From Leptotrichiaceae bacterium (GTDB lineage: Bacteria; Fusobacteriota; Fusobacteriia; Fusobacteriales; Leptotrichiaceae), in NCBI GenBank assembly GCA_018059165.1, contig JAGOYM010000002.1, positions 1-40,496 of the forward strand: DNA of 40,496 nucleotides. The letters are read 5' to 3'. This document shows positions 1 through 9,528 of this stretch, piece after piece. A program made the position numbers and the translations under genes. The notes beneath the pieces are model-generated. The model did no database searches, was not told the DNA's origin, and was given only the letters and a program-made list of their open reading frames with translations. Numbering within the stretch: the first letter of the stretch is position 1; every line of letters begins with the position of its first letter.

Positions 1-45
1 TAATTTAAATTCTTCTCCATATCTCTTCCCTGTACTTCCTACCAT
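1..45 (-). CDS. 5' end of an unidentified CDS that runs off the window (MVGSTGKRYGEEFKL...)
   Basis: The reverse complement of 1-60 reads ATGGGAGTGATCAGAATGGTAGGAAGT... and stays open to the window edge. The second ATG (top coordinate 45) follows GGGAG by 8 nt. The first ATG (60) has no SD. Only 15 codons are visible, so no product call is possible. Confidence 0.3.
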   Translation of the reverse strand, partial: MVGSTGKRYGEEFKL

Positions 46-159
46 TCTGATCACTCCCATTTTTTTAGTTTAACATATTTTACTTACTTTTGGTACAACA
101 TGCTCTAAACAAATGGGACTGATCCATCTTTGAAAAATTCGTTTTTTATCATTAAGTAT

Positions 160-172
160 TGTGTGTGTGTGT
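160..172. repeat. (GT)6 / (TG)6 dinucleotide microsatellite in an intergenic region
   Basis: Read directly: tGTGTGTGTGTGTt at 160-172. It lies between the stop of the dehydrogenase gene (302) and the start of the partial gene (45/60). Confidence 0.9.
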
Positions 173-238
173 TACAAACACTGGCTTTGAGCCTATTATT
201 TTCTTTGAGAATATTTTCAAGAAATTTGTTTTTTATTT

Positions 239-285
239 GAAACAAAAACACCAACTCCAGACTATAGTCCTTTGTTGATGTTTTT
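239..285 (-). terminator. Rho-independent terminator after the dehydrogenase gene
   Basis: The minus-strand RNA reads AAAAACAUCAAC-(18 nt)-GUUGGUGUUUUUGUUUC. The one mismatch on the plus strand becomes a G.U pair on the minus strand. The loop contains the palindrome GACTATAGTC, which lengthens the stem. Confidence 0.5.
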
Positions 286-301
286 CTAATTTTTAAATCC
301 C

Positions 302-1363
302 CTACAACTTCGAAACTACCGCATCCCCAACTTCAGATGTTGATGCTGTTCCTCCTAAATCAGGTGTTAGTGATTTACCTTCTACTAGTACTTTTTCTAT
401 TGCTTGTAAGACTTCTTTTCCATAATTTTCATATCCAAAGAAATCTAGCATTTGACTTACTGACCATATCGATGCTAAAGGATTTGCTATTCCTTTTCCT
501 GCAATATCTGGTGCTGATCCATGAATTGGTTCGAACATTGATGGATATTTTCTTTCAGGATTGATATTTGCCCCTGCTGCAAGACCCATTCCACCAGCAA
601 TTGCCGCTCCTAGATCAGTTAGTATATCTCCAAATAAATTAGATGTTACAACTATTTCAAATCTTTCAGGTTGTTTAATAAAAAACATTGCTGCAGCATC
701 TACTAAATACGAATATGTTTTTACATCTGGATATTCTTTTCCAACTTCTATAAATACTTCATCCCAAAATACCATTGAATAATTAAGCGCGTTTGCTTTA
801 CTTATACTTGTTAATGATCTTTTCTCTTTTCTTGCCATTTCATAAGCGTATCTTATAATTCTTTCTGTTCCTTTTCTTGAGAATACTCCTGTTTGTAAAA
901 CGACTTCTTCAGGTTTCCCTTTGAATAACCAATCTCCAGCTCCAGCATATTCTCCTTCACTATTTTCTCTAACAACCATCATATTAATGTCTTCTTTTTT
1001 TACATCTTTCAGAGGACATGGTGCACCATCAATTAATTGTATTGGTCTTAAATTAACATATTGGTCAAATCCTTTTCTTATTTTAAGTAATAAATCCCAT
1101 AAAGAAATATGATCAGGAACACCTGGAAACCCAACTGCACCTAAATATATAGCATCGAAGTCAGATAATATTTCTAGTCCATTATCATCCATCATTTTTC
1201 CGTGTTTCAAGTAATATTCACATCCCCAAGGGAAATATGTGAATTCAAATTTCATTTCTTTCGTTCTTTCTGAAATTCTATTAAGTACTTTTATTCCTTC
1301 TGCTAAAACTTCAGGCCCTATACCATCACCCGCAATTACTGCTATTTTATATATTTTCTCCAT
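302..1363 (-). CDS. ttuC: Tartrate dehydrogenase/decarboxylase or D-malate dehydrogenase (isocitrate/isopropylmalate dehydrogenase superfamily)
   Basis: 353 aa. Motifs seen: KIAVIAGDGIGPEV, YYLKHGKMM, VPDHISLWDLLLKIRKGFDQYVNLRP, NLFGDILTDLG, HGSAPDIAGKGIANP. These align closely with my memory of E. coli DmlA/YeaU. Confidence 0.8.
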   Translation of the reverse strand: MEKIYKIAVIAGDGIGPEVLAEGIKVLNRISERTKEMKFEFTYFPWGCEYYLKHGKMMDDNGLEILSDFDAIYLGAVGFPGVPDHISLWDLLLKIRKGFDQYVNLRPIQLIDGAPCPLKDVKKEDINMMVVRENSEGEYAGAGDWLFKGKPEEVVLQTGVFSRKGTERIIRYAYEMARKEKRSLTSISKANALNYSMVFWDEVFIEVGKEYPDVKTYSYLVDAAAMFFIKQPERFEIVVTSNLFGDILTDLGAAIAGGMGLAAGANINPERKYPSMFEPIHGSAPDIAGKGIANPLASIWSVSQMLDFFGYENYGKEVLQAIEKVLVEGKSLTPDLGGTASTSEVGDAVVSKL

Positions 1364-1396
1364 TTTTCCTCCTAGAATATATTTTCTTTACAATTA

Positions 1397-1867
1397 TTAA
1401 TTAAAAAATGTTTCGTGTACTCCGCCTTCTTTTCTATTTTCTGAATAAGAAGATATTCCTACCATCCATGTATTTCCTAATTTATCTACAAATACACCCA
1501 TTTCTTCTCCCCAAAACTGCATTTCTAAAGGCATTACTACATTAATTGTTTCGTTTTCTGTCGCTGTTTTAAATATTTTTCTTGCTTTTTCTTCTTCCTC
1601 TTTCTTATCTTTATCAAATGAAAGAGATAATGATACAGGATGTATTGGATTACTTTCACCAAAACAGTCTGATGCGTACACTAATGATCCTCCAAAATTC
1701 AGTTCCGAATGAAGTGTCTTTCCTGATATGTCTCCTTCTACTCCCATCCCTTTAGCCATCTCTTCAGTCATTGGCATTCTTTTAACTAATATTTCCCCAA
1801 AAATTGTTTCGTAGTATTTTATTGCTTCGATCGTGTTTTCAAACGTTAAGTATGGTATCACTTTCAT
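1397..1867 (-). CDS. VOC/glyoxalase-fold family protein (PhnB-like)
   Basis: 156 aa. The N-terminus MKVIPYLTFENTIEAIKYYETIFG and the C-terminal FWGEEMGVFVDKLGNTWMV are typical of PhnB/3-demethylubiquinone-type VOC proteins. SD is AGGAGGAACATAT. Confidence 0.6.
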   Translation of the reverse strand: MKVIPYLTFENTIEAIKYYETIFGEILVKRMPMTEEMAKGMGVEGDISGKTLHSELNFGGSLVYASDCFGESNPIHPVSLSLSFDKDKKEEEEKARKIFKTATENETINVVMPLEMQFWGEEMGVFVDKLGNTWMVGISSYSENRKEGGVHETFFN

Positions 1868-1921
1868 ATATGTTCCTCCTAGTAAGATTTATTTTATATC
1901 TTCTTATTCTTATAATACCAT

Positions 1922-1956
1922 AAAAAAAGAACATTTCCAACTATTTGAAAATGTCC
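1922..1956 (-). terminator. Rho-independent terminator after secG
   Basis: The minus-strand RNA reads GGACAUUUUC-aaauaguu-GGAAAUGUUC followed by UUUUUUU. This is a 10-bp stem including two G.U pairs. Confidence 0.55.
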
Positions 1957-1963
1957 TTATTTT

Positions 1964-2164
1964 TTATCTAACTACTTGAAATAATACCGCAACAATTAAA
2001 AATGCTGCCGCTATATATTCTGTGAATTTTTCTATTCCTTCTTTTTCATAATCCAAAACATTAGCATTCTTTGATATTCCTTGACTTCTATCTGGTTGCA
2101 ATAAAATCAATCCAATCATCATTATTGCTAGAACAACTAATATTACTACTAAAAATGCTCTCAT
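1964..2164 (-). CDS. secG: Preprotein translocase subunit SecG
   Basis: 66 aa with two hydrophobic helices and an LLQPDRSQG motif resembling the SecG LLQxGKGxG signature. It sits in the classical position immediately downstream of tpiA. Confidence 0.65.
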   Translation of the reverse strand: MRAFLVVILVVLAIMMIGLILLQPDRSQGISKNANVLDYEKEGIEKFTEYIAAAFLIVAVLFQVVR

Positions 2165-2189
2165 TGTTTCCTCCTAAATATATTACAAA

Positions 2190-2951
2190 CTATATAGAAT
2201 CTCCTGCTTTTATTATTTCTGCAAAACTTGGTGCTTCTAAGCTTGCTCCTCCAACTAATCCACCATCTATATCTGTTTGAGAGATTAATTCTTTTGCATT
2301 ATCACCTTTCATTGATCCACCATATTGAACTGTTACGTCTTGTGCAACAACTTCTCCATATAATTCTGTTAATAATGTTCTTATAAATGCATGAACTTCT
2401 TGAGCTTGCTCAGGTGATGCAGTTTTACCTGTTCCAATAGCCCATACTGGTTCGTATGCTATTACAACATTTTTCATTTCTTCTGCTGTTATCCCTTTAA
2501 GTCCACCAACTGTTTGTGTTTTCACAACTGCTTCCATTGTCCCAGCTTCTCTTTCTTCTAACTTTTCTCCAACACATAAAATTGGTTTTAGTCCGTGTAC
2601 TAATGCTGCTTTTACTTTTTCATTTACTATTTCATCAGTTTCTCCATAGTATTCTCTTCTTTCAGAATGCCCTAATATAACATATTCAACACCTATTTCT
2701 TTTAACATTAAAGGTGAAATTTCTCCTGTATATGCTCCACTATCTTTTGCGTTCATATTTTGTGCTGCTATTTTAATGTTTGAACCTTCAACTTCTTTAA
2801 CTGCTGCATATAATGCTGTAAATGGTGCCCCTATAACTATTCCTGCATTTTTAACATCTGATACTAATGGTTTTAACTCAGATAAAAAACTTACTGCTTC
2901 TTTAACAGTTTTATTCATTTTCCAGTTTCCAGCTACGATTACTTTTCTCAT
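2190..2951 (-). CDS. tpiA: Triosephosphate isomerase
   Basis: 253 aa. Motifs seen: VAGNWKMN, ILGHSERR, AYEPVWAIGTGKTA, YGGS. Confidence 0.95.
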   Translation of the reverse strand: MRKVIVAGNWKMNKTVKEAVSFLSELKPLVSDVKNAGIVIGAPFTALYAAVKEVEGSNIKIAAQNMNAKDSGAYTGEISPLMLKEIGVEYVILGHSERREYYGETDEIVNEKVKAALVHGLKPILCVGEKLEEREAGTMEAVVKTQTVGGLKGITAEEMKNVVIAYEPVWAIGTGKTASPEQAQEVHAFIRTLLTELYGEVVAQDVTVQYGGSMKGDNAKELISQTDIDGGLVGGASLEAPSFAEIIKAGDSI

Positions 2952-2972
2952 AATTCATCTCTCCCTTATTAG

Positions 2973-2981
2973 ATTATATCA
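2973..2981 (-). promoter_or_regulatory. Candidate extended -10 element (TGATATAAT) for tpiA-secG
   Basis: The reverse complement of 2973-2981 is TGATATAAT, about 20 nt upstream of the tpiA ATG and its AAGGGAGAG SD. I found no convincing -35 element. Confidence 0.35.
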
Positions 2982-3057
2982 ATTTATTTTGAACATTATA
3001 ATTTTCATTATTATATCATAGATATATTCATTTTTCAAATTTTGAATTTTATTATTT

Positions 3058-3864
3058 CTAATCTCTAAAATACTTGAAAATTAAGGTTTTCAACGCATGA
3101 TTATCATTCGATGTTGTAATAAATTTTGAAATTGCTTTTATTTCTTCTCTCGCATTTTCTACAGCTACTGGTAATCCTGCTACTTCTAGCATTGTCATAT
3201 CATTAAAGCTATCTCCAACACATATCATTTCTTCTGTTGAAATACCTAACATATCGCAGAGTCTTTTTAATGACTCTCCTTTATTTATCCCTTTTTTTGT
3301 AAATTCCAAAAATATTGGTTTCGATATATTTATTACATAGTCCTGTTTGTACTTTTCTTGTAACTTCTTCTGAACAGCAGTCAACTTTTTAGGTTCCCCC
3401 AATATCATACATTTTATTGACTTTTCTATTGGCAACTCATCAAAACTATTTATTTCTTTCCATTTCATCCCTGTTAATGTTACTTCTTCAGTAGTGTATT
3501 CATTCCATTCATCACCATAAATTGTGTCATCGCTGTATGTTAAGAATGATAACTCATTACTTTTTGATTCATTATAAATTACTTCTATATCATCTCGTGT
3601 TAATGCCTTTTCAAAAATAATATCTCCTGTTGATACATCAATTATTTCACCACCATTGTATCCTAAAATATAACCACCTAATCTTTTCATATCAAGTTCA
3701 TTTGCAAAACTATGCATTGCAAATGTAGGTCTTCCACTTGCGAGTACAAATTTAACTCCTTTTTCTTGAACTTCTATTATTGACTGTATATTCTCTTCAC
3801 TTATTTCATGACTACTATTTAGTAATGTATCATCCATATCCGTTGCTATGATTTTATATTTCAT
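3058..3864 (-). CDS. Cof-type HAD-IIB family hydrolase (probable sugar-phosphate phosphatase)
   Basis: 268 aa. HAD motif I is IATDMDDTLL, motif II is VLASGRP and motif IV is GDSFNDMTM. The ATG lies 1 nt after the lacZ stop. Confidence 0.85.
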   Translation of the reverse strand: MKYKIIATDMDDTLLNSSHEISEENIQSIIEVQEKGVKFVLASGRPTFAMHSFANELDMKRLGGYILGYNGGEIIDVSTGDIIFEKALTRDDIEVIYNESKSNELSFLTYSDDTIYGDEWNEYTTEEVTLTGMKWKEINSFDELPIEKSIKCMILGEPKKLTAVQKKLQEKYKQDYVINISKPIFLEFTKKGINKGESLKRLCDMLGISTEEMICVGDSFNDMTMLEVAGLPVAVENAREEIKAISKFITTSNDNHALKTLIFKYFRD

Positions 3865-3865
3865 T

Positions 3866-6800
3866 TTACACCTCTCTCATAATACTTTTCTCATTTTGAA
3901 ATTTTATTATAAATTTCAATGATTGCGGTTCTTCACTAAGTATTTTGTATTCTTCATGACATCTTGAACCCCAGCTGTCATCTCCACCTATTCCACTATG
4001 TTTGCTTGATATTCTAACATATGTACCTGTCGATTCTCCTAATTCATAAAAATGCTTTGCCTCTTCCAATTGTGAGAAGCTGTATGGTATAGCACTAAAT
4101 TCAATTAGGTTATCGACACCTTCGAATAAAATGTTGTGTTGTTCATTATAAATAGAAACTTCTGATACCTCAGTTCTATTTCCACATTCTTGTGGATAAA
4201 TATATTTTGTACACATCTCATCTACTGTAGTTTCATATTTACCTATCATTGATCCAAGTTTTCTATCAATATAGTTTTCTTCAGGCCCTCTACCTATGTA
4301 TGAAACTTTATTAAGCGAAGGATCTAACTTAAATATAATACCAAAATTCAACAAATCTGGCAAGTTATCATAACCAGGATACTTCATATCAATTAATAAT
4401 GAATTATCATCATGTAATGTGATATCAACATATGCAAATACTTCTCTATCTGGTAATAATTTATACTGTAATGTTATCCTATGTTCTCTAACATCTATAG
4501 AAACATTAGAATTAGTTGACATGTTACGTAGTAAACTATGGGTAAATGGTATTTTTGCACCTCTGTCATTATCTATAGGCGCTCTATAGAACAGTGGATG
4601 AATTGCATCTTTTAAATATTCTAGATCATTGTATTTAATGGAATTAAGTCCTCCAAATATATGACTTGCCAACATTGTTAAATTATCTGTCCTCATTCCA
4701 ACATTAAAATTTCCATCAATTGTTTTTACTGCATTTCCAGTTACTTTACTTTTTTTTCTTTCAGTAAAAATCTTTTGTTCATAAGCAACAACATGATCTT
4801 TTAGTAATAGTCCTTCATCTTTTTTTGTTTTCACATAAACAACTACATTATCAGATTTATTATTAATTGCTATTTTTGTTTCTCCTAATGGCTCACATGG
4901 TACAACTATTTCCTCTATGCTAACTATATTTTTTAATGTTCCATCACAATTTGTTTCAAATCCATTATAATAAATTACTTTTACAATATAGTCTGATAAG
5001 TTTCTAAATAAATATTCATTTTTTATTGTTATGTTTCTCTCATCAATTGTTATTTGAAAAGGTTGATATATGTATTTAACCTCTGTAATCTTAGGAGTTA
5101 GACGTCCATCTCCTTCCACTATTCCATCACATACAAAATTACCATCTGTTGGTCTATCATCAAAGTCTCCGCCATACATTAATTCTTTCTTCCCATTTCT
5201 ATCTACTAACAAAGAATGATCTTTAAATTCCCAAATAAATCCACCTTGATACATTTCATATTTTCTAGTTAAATTTTGATATTTAAAAAAATTTCCTAAT
5301 GAATTCCCCATTGCATGTGCGTATTCACAATATATAAACGGTCTATCTGGATTATTATTTAGAAACTCTTCAACATTCTCTATCTTATCATACATACGTG
5401 ACTCCACATCACTTATGTCCGTAGTTCTATCAAAAAACACACCTTCATAATGAACTAATCGCTCTTTATCTTTTGATTTGAAATATTTGGATACTTCAAG
5501 AATATTCTCTCCACCTAGTGATTCATTCCCACATGACCACATAACAATACAAGGTCTATTTTTATCTCTTTCATACATGTTTTCTGCTCTAAAAAGTAAC
5601 AAATCACGATACATTGGATCATTTCCAGGAATATAATATCTAGCTCCATCAGGCATTGATTCATTTGGGTGATTATATGCAACCCACGATCCATGTGTTT
5701 CTAAATTTGTCTCATCCATTACATAAAAACCATATTCATCACACAATCTATAAAATTCGGTATGGTTTGGATAATGCGATGTTCTTATTGCATTTATATT
5801 ATGTTCTTTCATTATTCTCATATCATTTATCATATCTTCTTTTGTAATTGCACGTCCTGTTTCACACGACCATTCATGTCTATTAACACCATTAAATACA
5901 ATTCTTTTGCCATTCAAATGATAAACTTTATCTTTTAATTCTAATATTCTAAAGCCAACTCTATCGCTTATTATTTCTACTAATCTCTCGTCTACATATA
6001 TCTCTATCTTTAATATATAAAGATTAGGAGTTTCAGCAGACCAAGCATTTATGTTCTCAATCTTAACACTTGTATCTAAAACGTTAGAATTGATCTCTTC
6101 ATATACTATTCTACTTCCCATTCCATTTTTAAATTCTCTATCGAATTCATATAATTTCACAATAAATTTCTTGTTATTTCTGTCTAAATGATCTAGTTTT
6201 ACTAATAATTCTCCGTCTTTATAATCATTTATAAGTTTACTACTTATTTTCATATCTACTGCATGAGATTCCGATACACTCGCTATAAAGACATCTCTGA
6301 AAATCCCAGAAAATCTAAAAAAGTCTTGATCTTCTAGCCATGATCCAGAACACCATTTGAAAACTTGTACAACTAATCTATTATCTTTATCTTTTATTTG
6401 TGATGTTATATCAAAACTACCTGTTGTAAACGTATCCTCTTTATACCCTATAAATTCATTGTTTAACCATACTGCATAAGCTGACTCTACTCCCTCAAAT
6501 GTTATAATTACTTTATCTAATTTATCTAAAGACATATCAAAAACTTTAACATATGTCCCTACAGGATTAAATTTCTCAGGTATTTCTGGTGGTTTTATAT
6601 TTTCTAATCCATCCCATGGATACTGTGTATTAACATATTTTGGCGTATCATAGCCTTGAAGTTGCATATGACCAGGTACTTTTATTCCTGACAGCAAATT
6701 TAAAGGTACTGTGTAATAATATTCAATTGGTTTTGTATTACTATAATTTGTTGCATAATCAAATAACCAGTTACCATTTAGTAACTGCTTATTTTCTTTG

Positions 6801-6907
6801 CTTAATTTGAAGTTTTCATCATTTAAGAAACTTTCATATGTTGATTTCTGTTTTAGTACATTTTTTTCATATATATTGATGTCCCTTACCCATGAATAAT
6901 TAAACAT
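3866..6907 (-). CDS. lacZ: Beta-galactosidase, glycoside hydrolase family 2
   Basis: GH2 motifs seen: RTSHYPN, DETNLETHG, WSCGNESLGG, CEYAHAMGNSLG, GGFIWEFKDH. I moved the start to ATG 6907 (1013 aa) because GGGAGGG lies 5 nt upstream. The ORF-track GTG at 6949 has no SD and overlaps the galT stop. Confidence 0.9.
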   Translation of the reverse strand: MFNYSWVRDINIYEKNVLKQKSTYESFLNDENFKLSKENKQLLNGNWLFDYATNYSNTKPIEYYYTVPLNLLSGIKVPGHMQLQGYDTPKYVNTQYPWDGLENIKPPEIPEKFNPVGTYVKVFDMSLDKLDKVIITFEGVESAYAVWLNNEFIGYKEDTFTTGSFDITSQIKDKDNRLVVQVFKWCSGSWLEDQDFFRFSGIFRDVFIASVSESHAVDMKISSKLINDYKDGELLVKLDHLDRNNKKFIVKLYEFDREFKNGMGSRIVYEEINSNVLDTSVKIENINAWSAETPNLYILKIEIYVDERLVEIISDRVGFRILELKDKVYHLNGKRIVFNGVNRHEWSCETGRAITKEDMINDMRIMKEHNINAIRTSHYPNHTEFYRLCDEYGFYVMDETNLETHGSWVAYNHPNESMPDGARYYIPGNDPMYRDLLLFRAENMYERDKNRPCIVMWSCGNESLGGENILEVSKYFKSKDKERLVHYEGVFFDRTTDISDVESRMYDKIENVEEFLNNNPDRPFIYCEYAHAMGNSLGNFFKYQNLTRKYEMYQGGFIWEFKDHSLLVDRNGKKELMYGGDFDDRPTDGNFVCDGIVEGDGRLTPKITEVKYIYQPFQITIDERNITIKNEYLFRNLSDYIVKVIYYNGFETNCDGTLKNIVSIEEIVVPCEPLGETKIAINNKSDNVVVYVKTKKDEGLLLKDHVVAYEQKIFTERKKSKVTGNAVKTIDGNFNVGMRTDNLTMLASHIFGGLNSIKYNDLEYLKDAIHPLFYRAPIDNDRGAKIPFTHSLLRNMSTNSNVSIDVREHRITLQYKLLPDREVFAYVDITLHDDNSLLIDMKYPGYDNLPDLLNFGIIFKLDPSLNKVSYIGRGPEENYIDRKLGSMIGKYETTVDEMCTKYIYPQECGNRTEVSEVSIYNEQHNILFEGVDNLIEFSAIPYSFSQLEEAKHFYELGESTGTYVRISSKHSGIGGDDSWGSRCHEEYKILSEEPQSLKFIIKFQNEKSIMREV

Positions 6908-6948
6908 TCTTGCCCTCCCATATTTCAAAACCAAATCATTCTTTAGCA

Positions 6949-8508
6949 CTAATTTTTATTTATATAATCAATAAATTTCTTAAATCCTTTTTTTCCTTCT
7001 TCTGTCTTCTTATAAATTCCACTATCTTCTAAAACTCTAGAAAAAGTTTCTCCTATTGCATTTTCTAAAAATATATCTATATCTTGAGAAATCATTTTTC
7101 CTATTTCTTCATCTTCTATATAAGTTTTTATCCATTTTCTATGTTTTGATACATTATTATCTAAATCCATTAATTTATATATTTCTTCTACTGAACTTGC
7201 TCTTTCCAATATACTTTTAATTTGAGCAATTTCCTCTTTTAACCTTCCAGGTAACACTGCAAGCCCCATAACTTCAATAAGACCTATATTCTCTTTTTTT
7301 ATATTATGATGCTCTTCGTGTGGGTGGAATATTCCTAAAGGATGCTCACTACTTACTCTGTTATTTCTAAGCACTAAGTCCATTTCATATTTCCCATTCT
7401 TAAATCTTGCAATAGGCGTAATTGTATTATGTCTTTCACCATTTGTATTTGCATAAATCTCATTCTCTATATCAGAATACTCTATCCATTTATTAAGTAT
7501 CTCTTCAGATAGATCTACTAGTTCCTGTTTTTCTCCCCTAATTCTTATAACTGACATCGGCCATTTTAATAATCCTGCCTCGACTTTTTTATATTTCTCA
7601 AAAATTATATTTTCTTCAACTTCTGACATTTCCATAGGGAACACGTGTCTTCCTGCTTGAAAATGATCATGTGACAAAATAGAACCCCCAACTATTGGTA
7701 AATCAGCATTTGATCCAATGAAATAATGTGGGAACATTTCAACAAATTCAACTAATCTTTGGAATCCCAATTTATCTATTTTCATTGGTCTATGTTCTGA
7801 AGAGAATACTATTGAATGTTCGTTATAATATACATATGGAGAATATTGTAAGTACCACTCTTCATTTGTTAAATTTATATTCAATATTCTATGATTTTGT
7901 CTTCCAGGATGATTCACATTCCCCATATAGCCTTCATTCTCTTTGCATAATAGACATTTTGGATAACCTTTCGATACAATATTCTTTGCTGCTGCGATAT
8001 CTCTTGGATCTTTTTCTGGCTTTGAAAGATTTATTGTTATTTCAAGATTTCCATATTTATTTAAATAATACCAGTGAACATCTTTCGTTATTCTATCCGT
8101 TCTAATATAGTTACTTTGTTTTGATAATTCATAAAAATAATCTGTTGCTTCTGTTTTACTCTCTAAATATTTTGAATCAAAGACCTTTTTTATTTCTGAT
8201 GTTCTTGGAATAATCTGTCCCATTATTTTAGAATTCAATAAATCTCTATATGTTATAGTATCATCTTCCAGCTTTCCATTTATTGCTGCCCATTCAACAA
8301 TATTATCAAGAATTTCTGTTGGATATTCTATGTTCGTCATTTCTTGATCTATTTGAAGAGTCTCCTCTTCAGTGAACTCTCTATAATCCTGCATGTCTAT
8401 AGTCTCTAAAAGTAAATTGGTAACTAATATTTTGTCTTGTTTACATATCAGTCCTTTATTTATAGCATATCTTATTAACTTTTCTATTTCTATAAAAATA
8501 TCTTTCAT
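6949..8508 (-). CDS. galT: Galactose-1-phosphate uridylyltransferase, long (type 2) form
   Basis: 519 aa, the length class of the Gram-positive-type GalT. It contains GGSILSHDHFQAG (the H-x-H-x-Q active-site region). SD is AGGAG. Confidence 0.9.
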   Translation of the reverse strand: MKDIFIEIEKLIRYAINKGLICKQDKILVTNLLLETIDMQDYREFTEEETLQIDQEMTNIEYPTEILDNIVEWAAINGKLEDDTITYRDLLNSKIMGQIIPRTSEIKKVFDSKYLESKTEATDYFYELSKQSNYIRTDRITKDVHWYYLNKYGNLEITINLSKPEKDPRDIAAAKNIVSKGYPKCLLCKENEGYMGNVNHPGRQNHRILNINLTNEEWYLQYSPYVYYNEHSIVFSSEHRPMKIDKLGFQRLVEFVEMFPHYFIGSNADLPIVGGSILSHDHFQAGRHVFPMEMSEVEENIIFEKYKKVEAGLLKWPMSVIRIRGEKQELVDLSEEILNKWIEYSDIENEIYANTNGERHNTITPIARFKNGKYEMDLVLRNNRVSSEHPLGIFHPHEEHHNIKKENIGLIEVMGLAVLPGRLKEEIAQIKSILERASSVEEIYKLMDLDNNVSKHRKWIKTYIEDEEIGKMISQDIDIFLENAIGETFSRVLEDSGIYKKTEEGKKGFKKFIDYINKN

Positions 8509-8521
8509 AATACTCCTAACT

Positions 8522-9499
8522 TTAATATTTTCTATTTGTTTCCCATTTCCATGCAGAAATAACTATTTGCTCCAATGAATATTGCGGCTTCCAATCTAAT
8601 TCTTTTTCAGCTTTTGCCGAATCCGCAATTAATATTCCTGGATCTCCGGCTCTTCTTTCAACATACTCCACTTTGAAATCTTTGCCTGTAACTTTTTTTA
8701 CATTATCAATAATCTCTTTCACAGAGTACCCTGATCCACTTCCAAGATTATAGTTAAAGCTTTGATTGTCTTTTATCATTTTATCCATTCCTAAAATATG
8801 TGCTTGTGCCAAATCATATACATGAACATAATCCCTTATACATGTCCCGTCTTGCGTTGCATAGTCCGTTCCAAATACTTTGATTGAGTCTCTTCTTCCG
8901 CTTGCTGCTTGTAATATTAGAGGGATTAAGTGTGATTCAGGGTCATGACTTTCCCCTATAATTCCATTCATGTCTGATCCACAAGCATTAAAGTATCTAA
9001 ATACTACACTTTTCATTCCGTATGCTTTCTCATAATCCTTTAGTATTTTTTCAACCATAAGTTTTGATTGTCCATAAGGATTAATTGGATTTTGTGGGTG
9101 CTCTTCATTTATTTTTTCCATTATTGGTTCTCCAAATGTTGCAGCTGTTGAACTAAAGATAAATTTTAAAACATTGCTTTCTACCATGGCATCTAATAAT
9201 TTCAGGACTTTAGCTACATTGTTTTCATAATATTTTGCTGGATCTATAACAGATTCACCAACTTCTATGAATGCTGCAAAATGCATGACAACATCTATTT
9301 TTTCAGAAATGAAAATATCTTTTATTTTTGCTTTATCAGCTAAGTCACCCTCCACAATTTTCACGTTTAATATTTGACCTACTTCTTTATGTCCTTTGGA
9401 AAAGTCATCATATATAATTACATTATGTCCTTGATTTTTCAACAAACTTACTGCATGCGACCCTATATATCCTGCTCCTCCTACAACTAGTACGTTCAT
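8522..9499 (-). CDS. galE: UDP-glucose 4-epimerase
   Basis: Motifs seen: VLVVGGAGYIGSH (Rossmann fold) and YGQSKLMVE (YxxxK). The start is set to ATG 9499, 5 nt after GGAGG. The track's TTG at 9511 is part of the SD. Confidence 0.9.
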   Translation of the reverse strand: MNVLVVGGAGYIGSHAVSLLKNQGHNVIIYDDFSKGHKEVGQILNVKIVEGDLADKAKIKDIFISEKIDVVMHFAAFIEVGESVIDPAKYYENNVAKVLKLLDAMVESNVLKFIFSSTAATFGEPIMEKINEEHPQNPINPYGQSKLMVEKILKDYEKAYGMKSVVFRYFNACGSDMNGIIGESHDPESHLIPLILQAASGRRDSIKVFGTDYATQDGTCIRDYVHVYDLAQAHILGMDKMIKDNQSFNYNLGSGSGYSVKEIIDNVKKVTGKDFKVEYVERRAGDPGILIADSAKAEKELDWKPQYSLEQIVISAWKWETNRKY

Positions 9500-9528
9500 C
9501 ATTACCTCCAATTTTATCTTTTTATTTT

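Noticed and set aside
6908-6949. A GTG start for lacZ overlapping the galT stop
   Set aside because: That GTG has no SD. A GGGAGGG lies 5 nt before ATG 6907.
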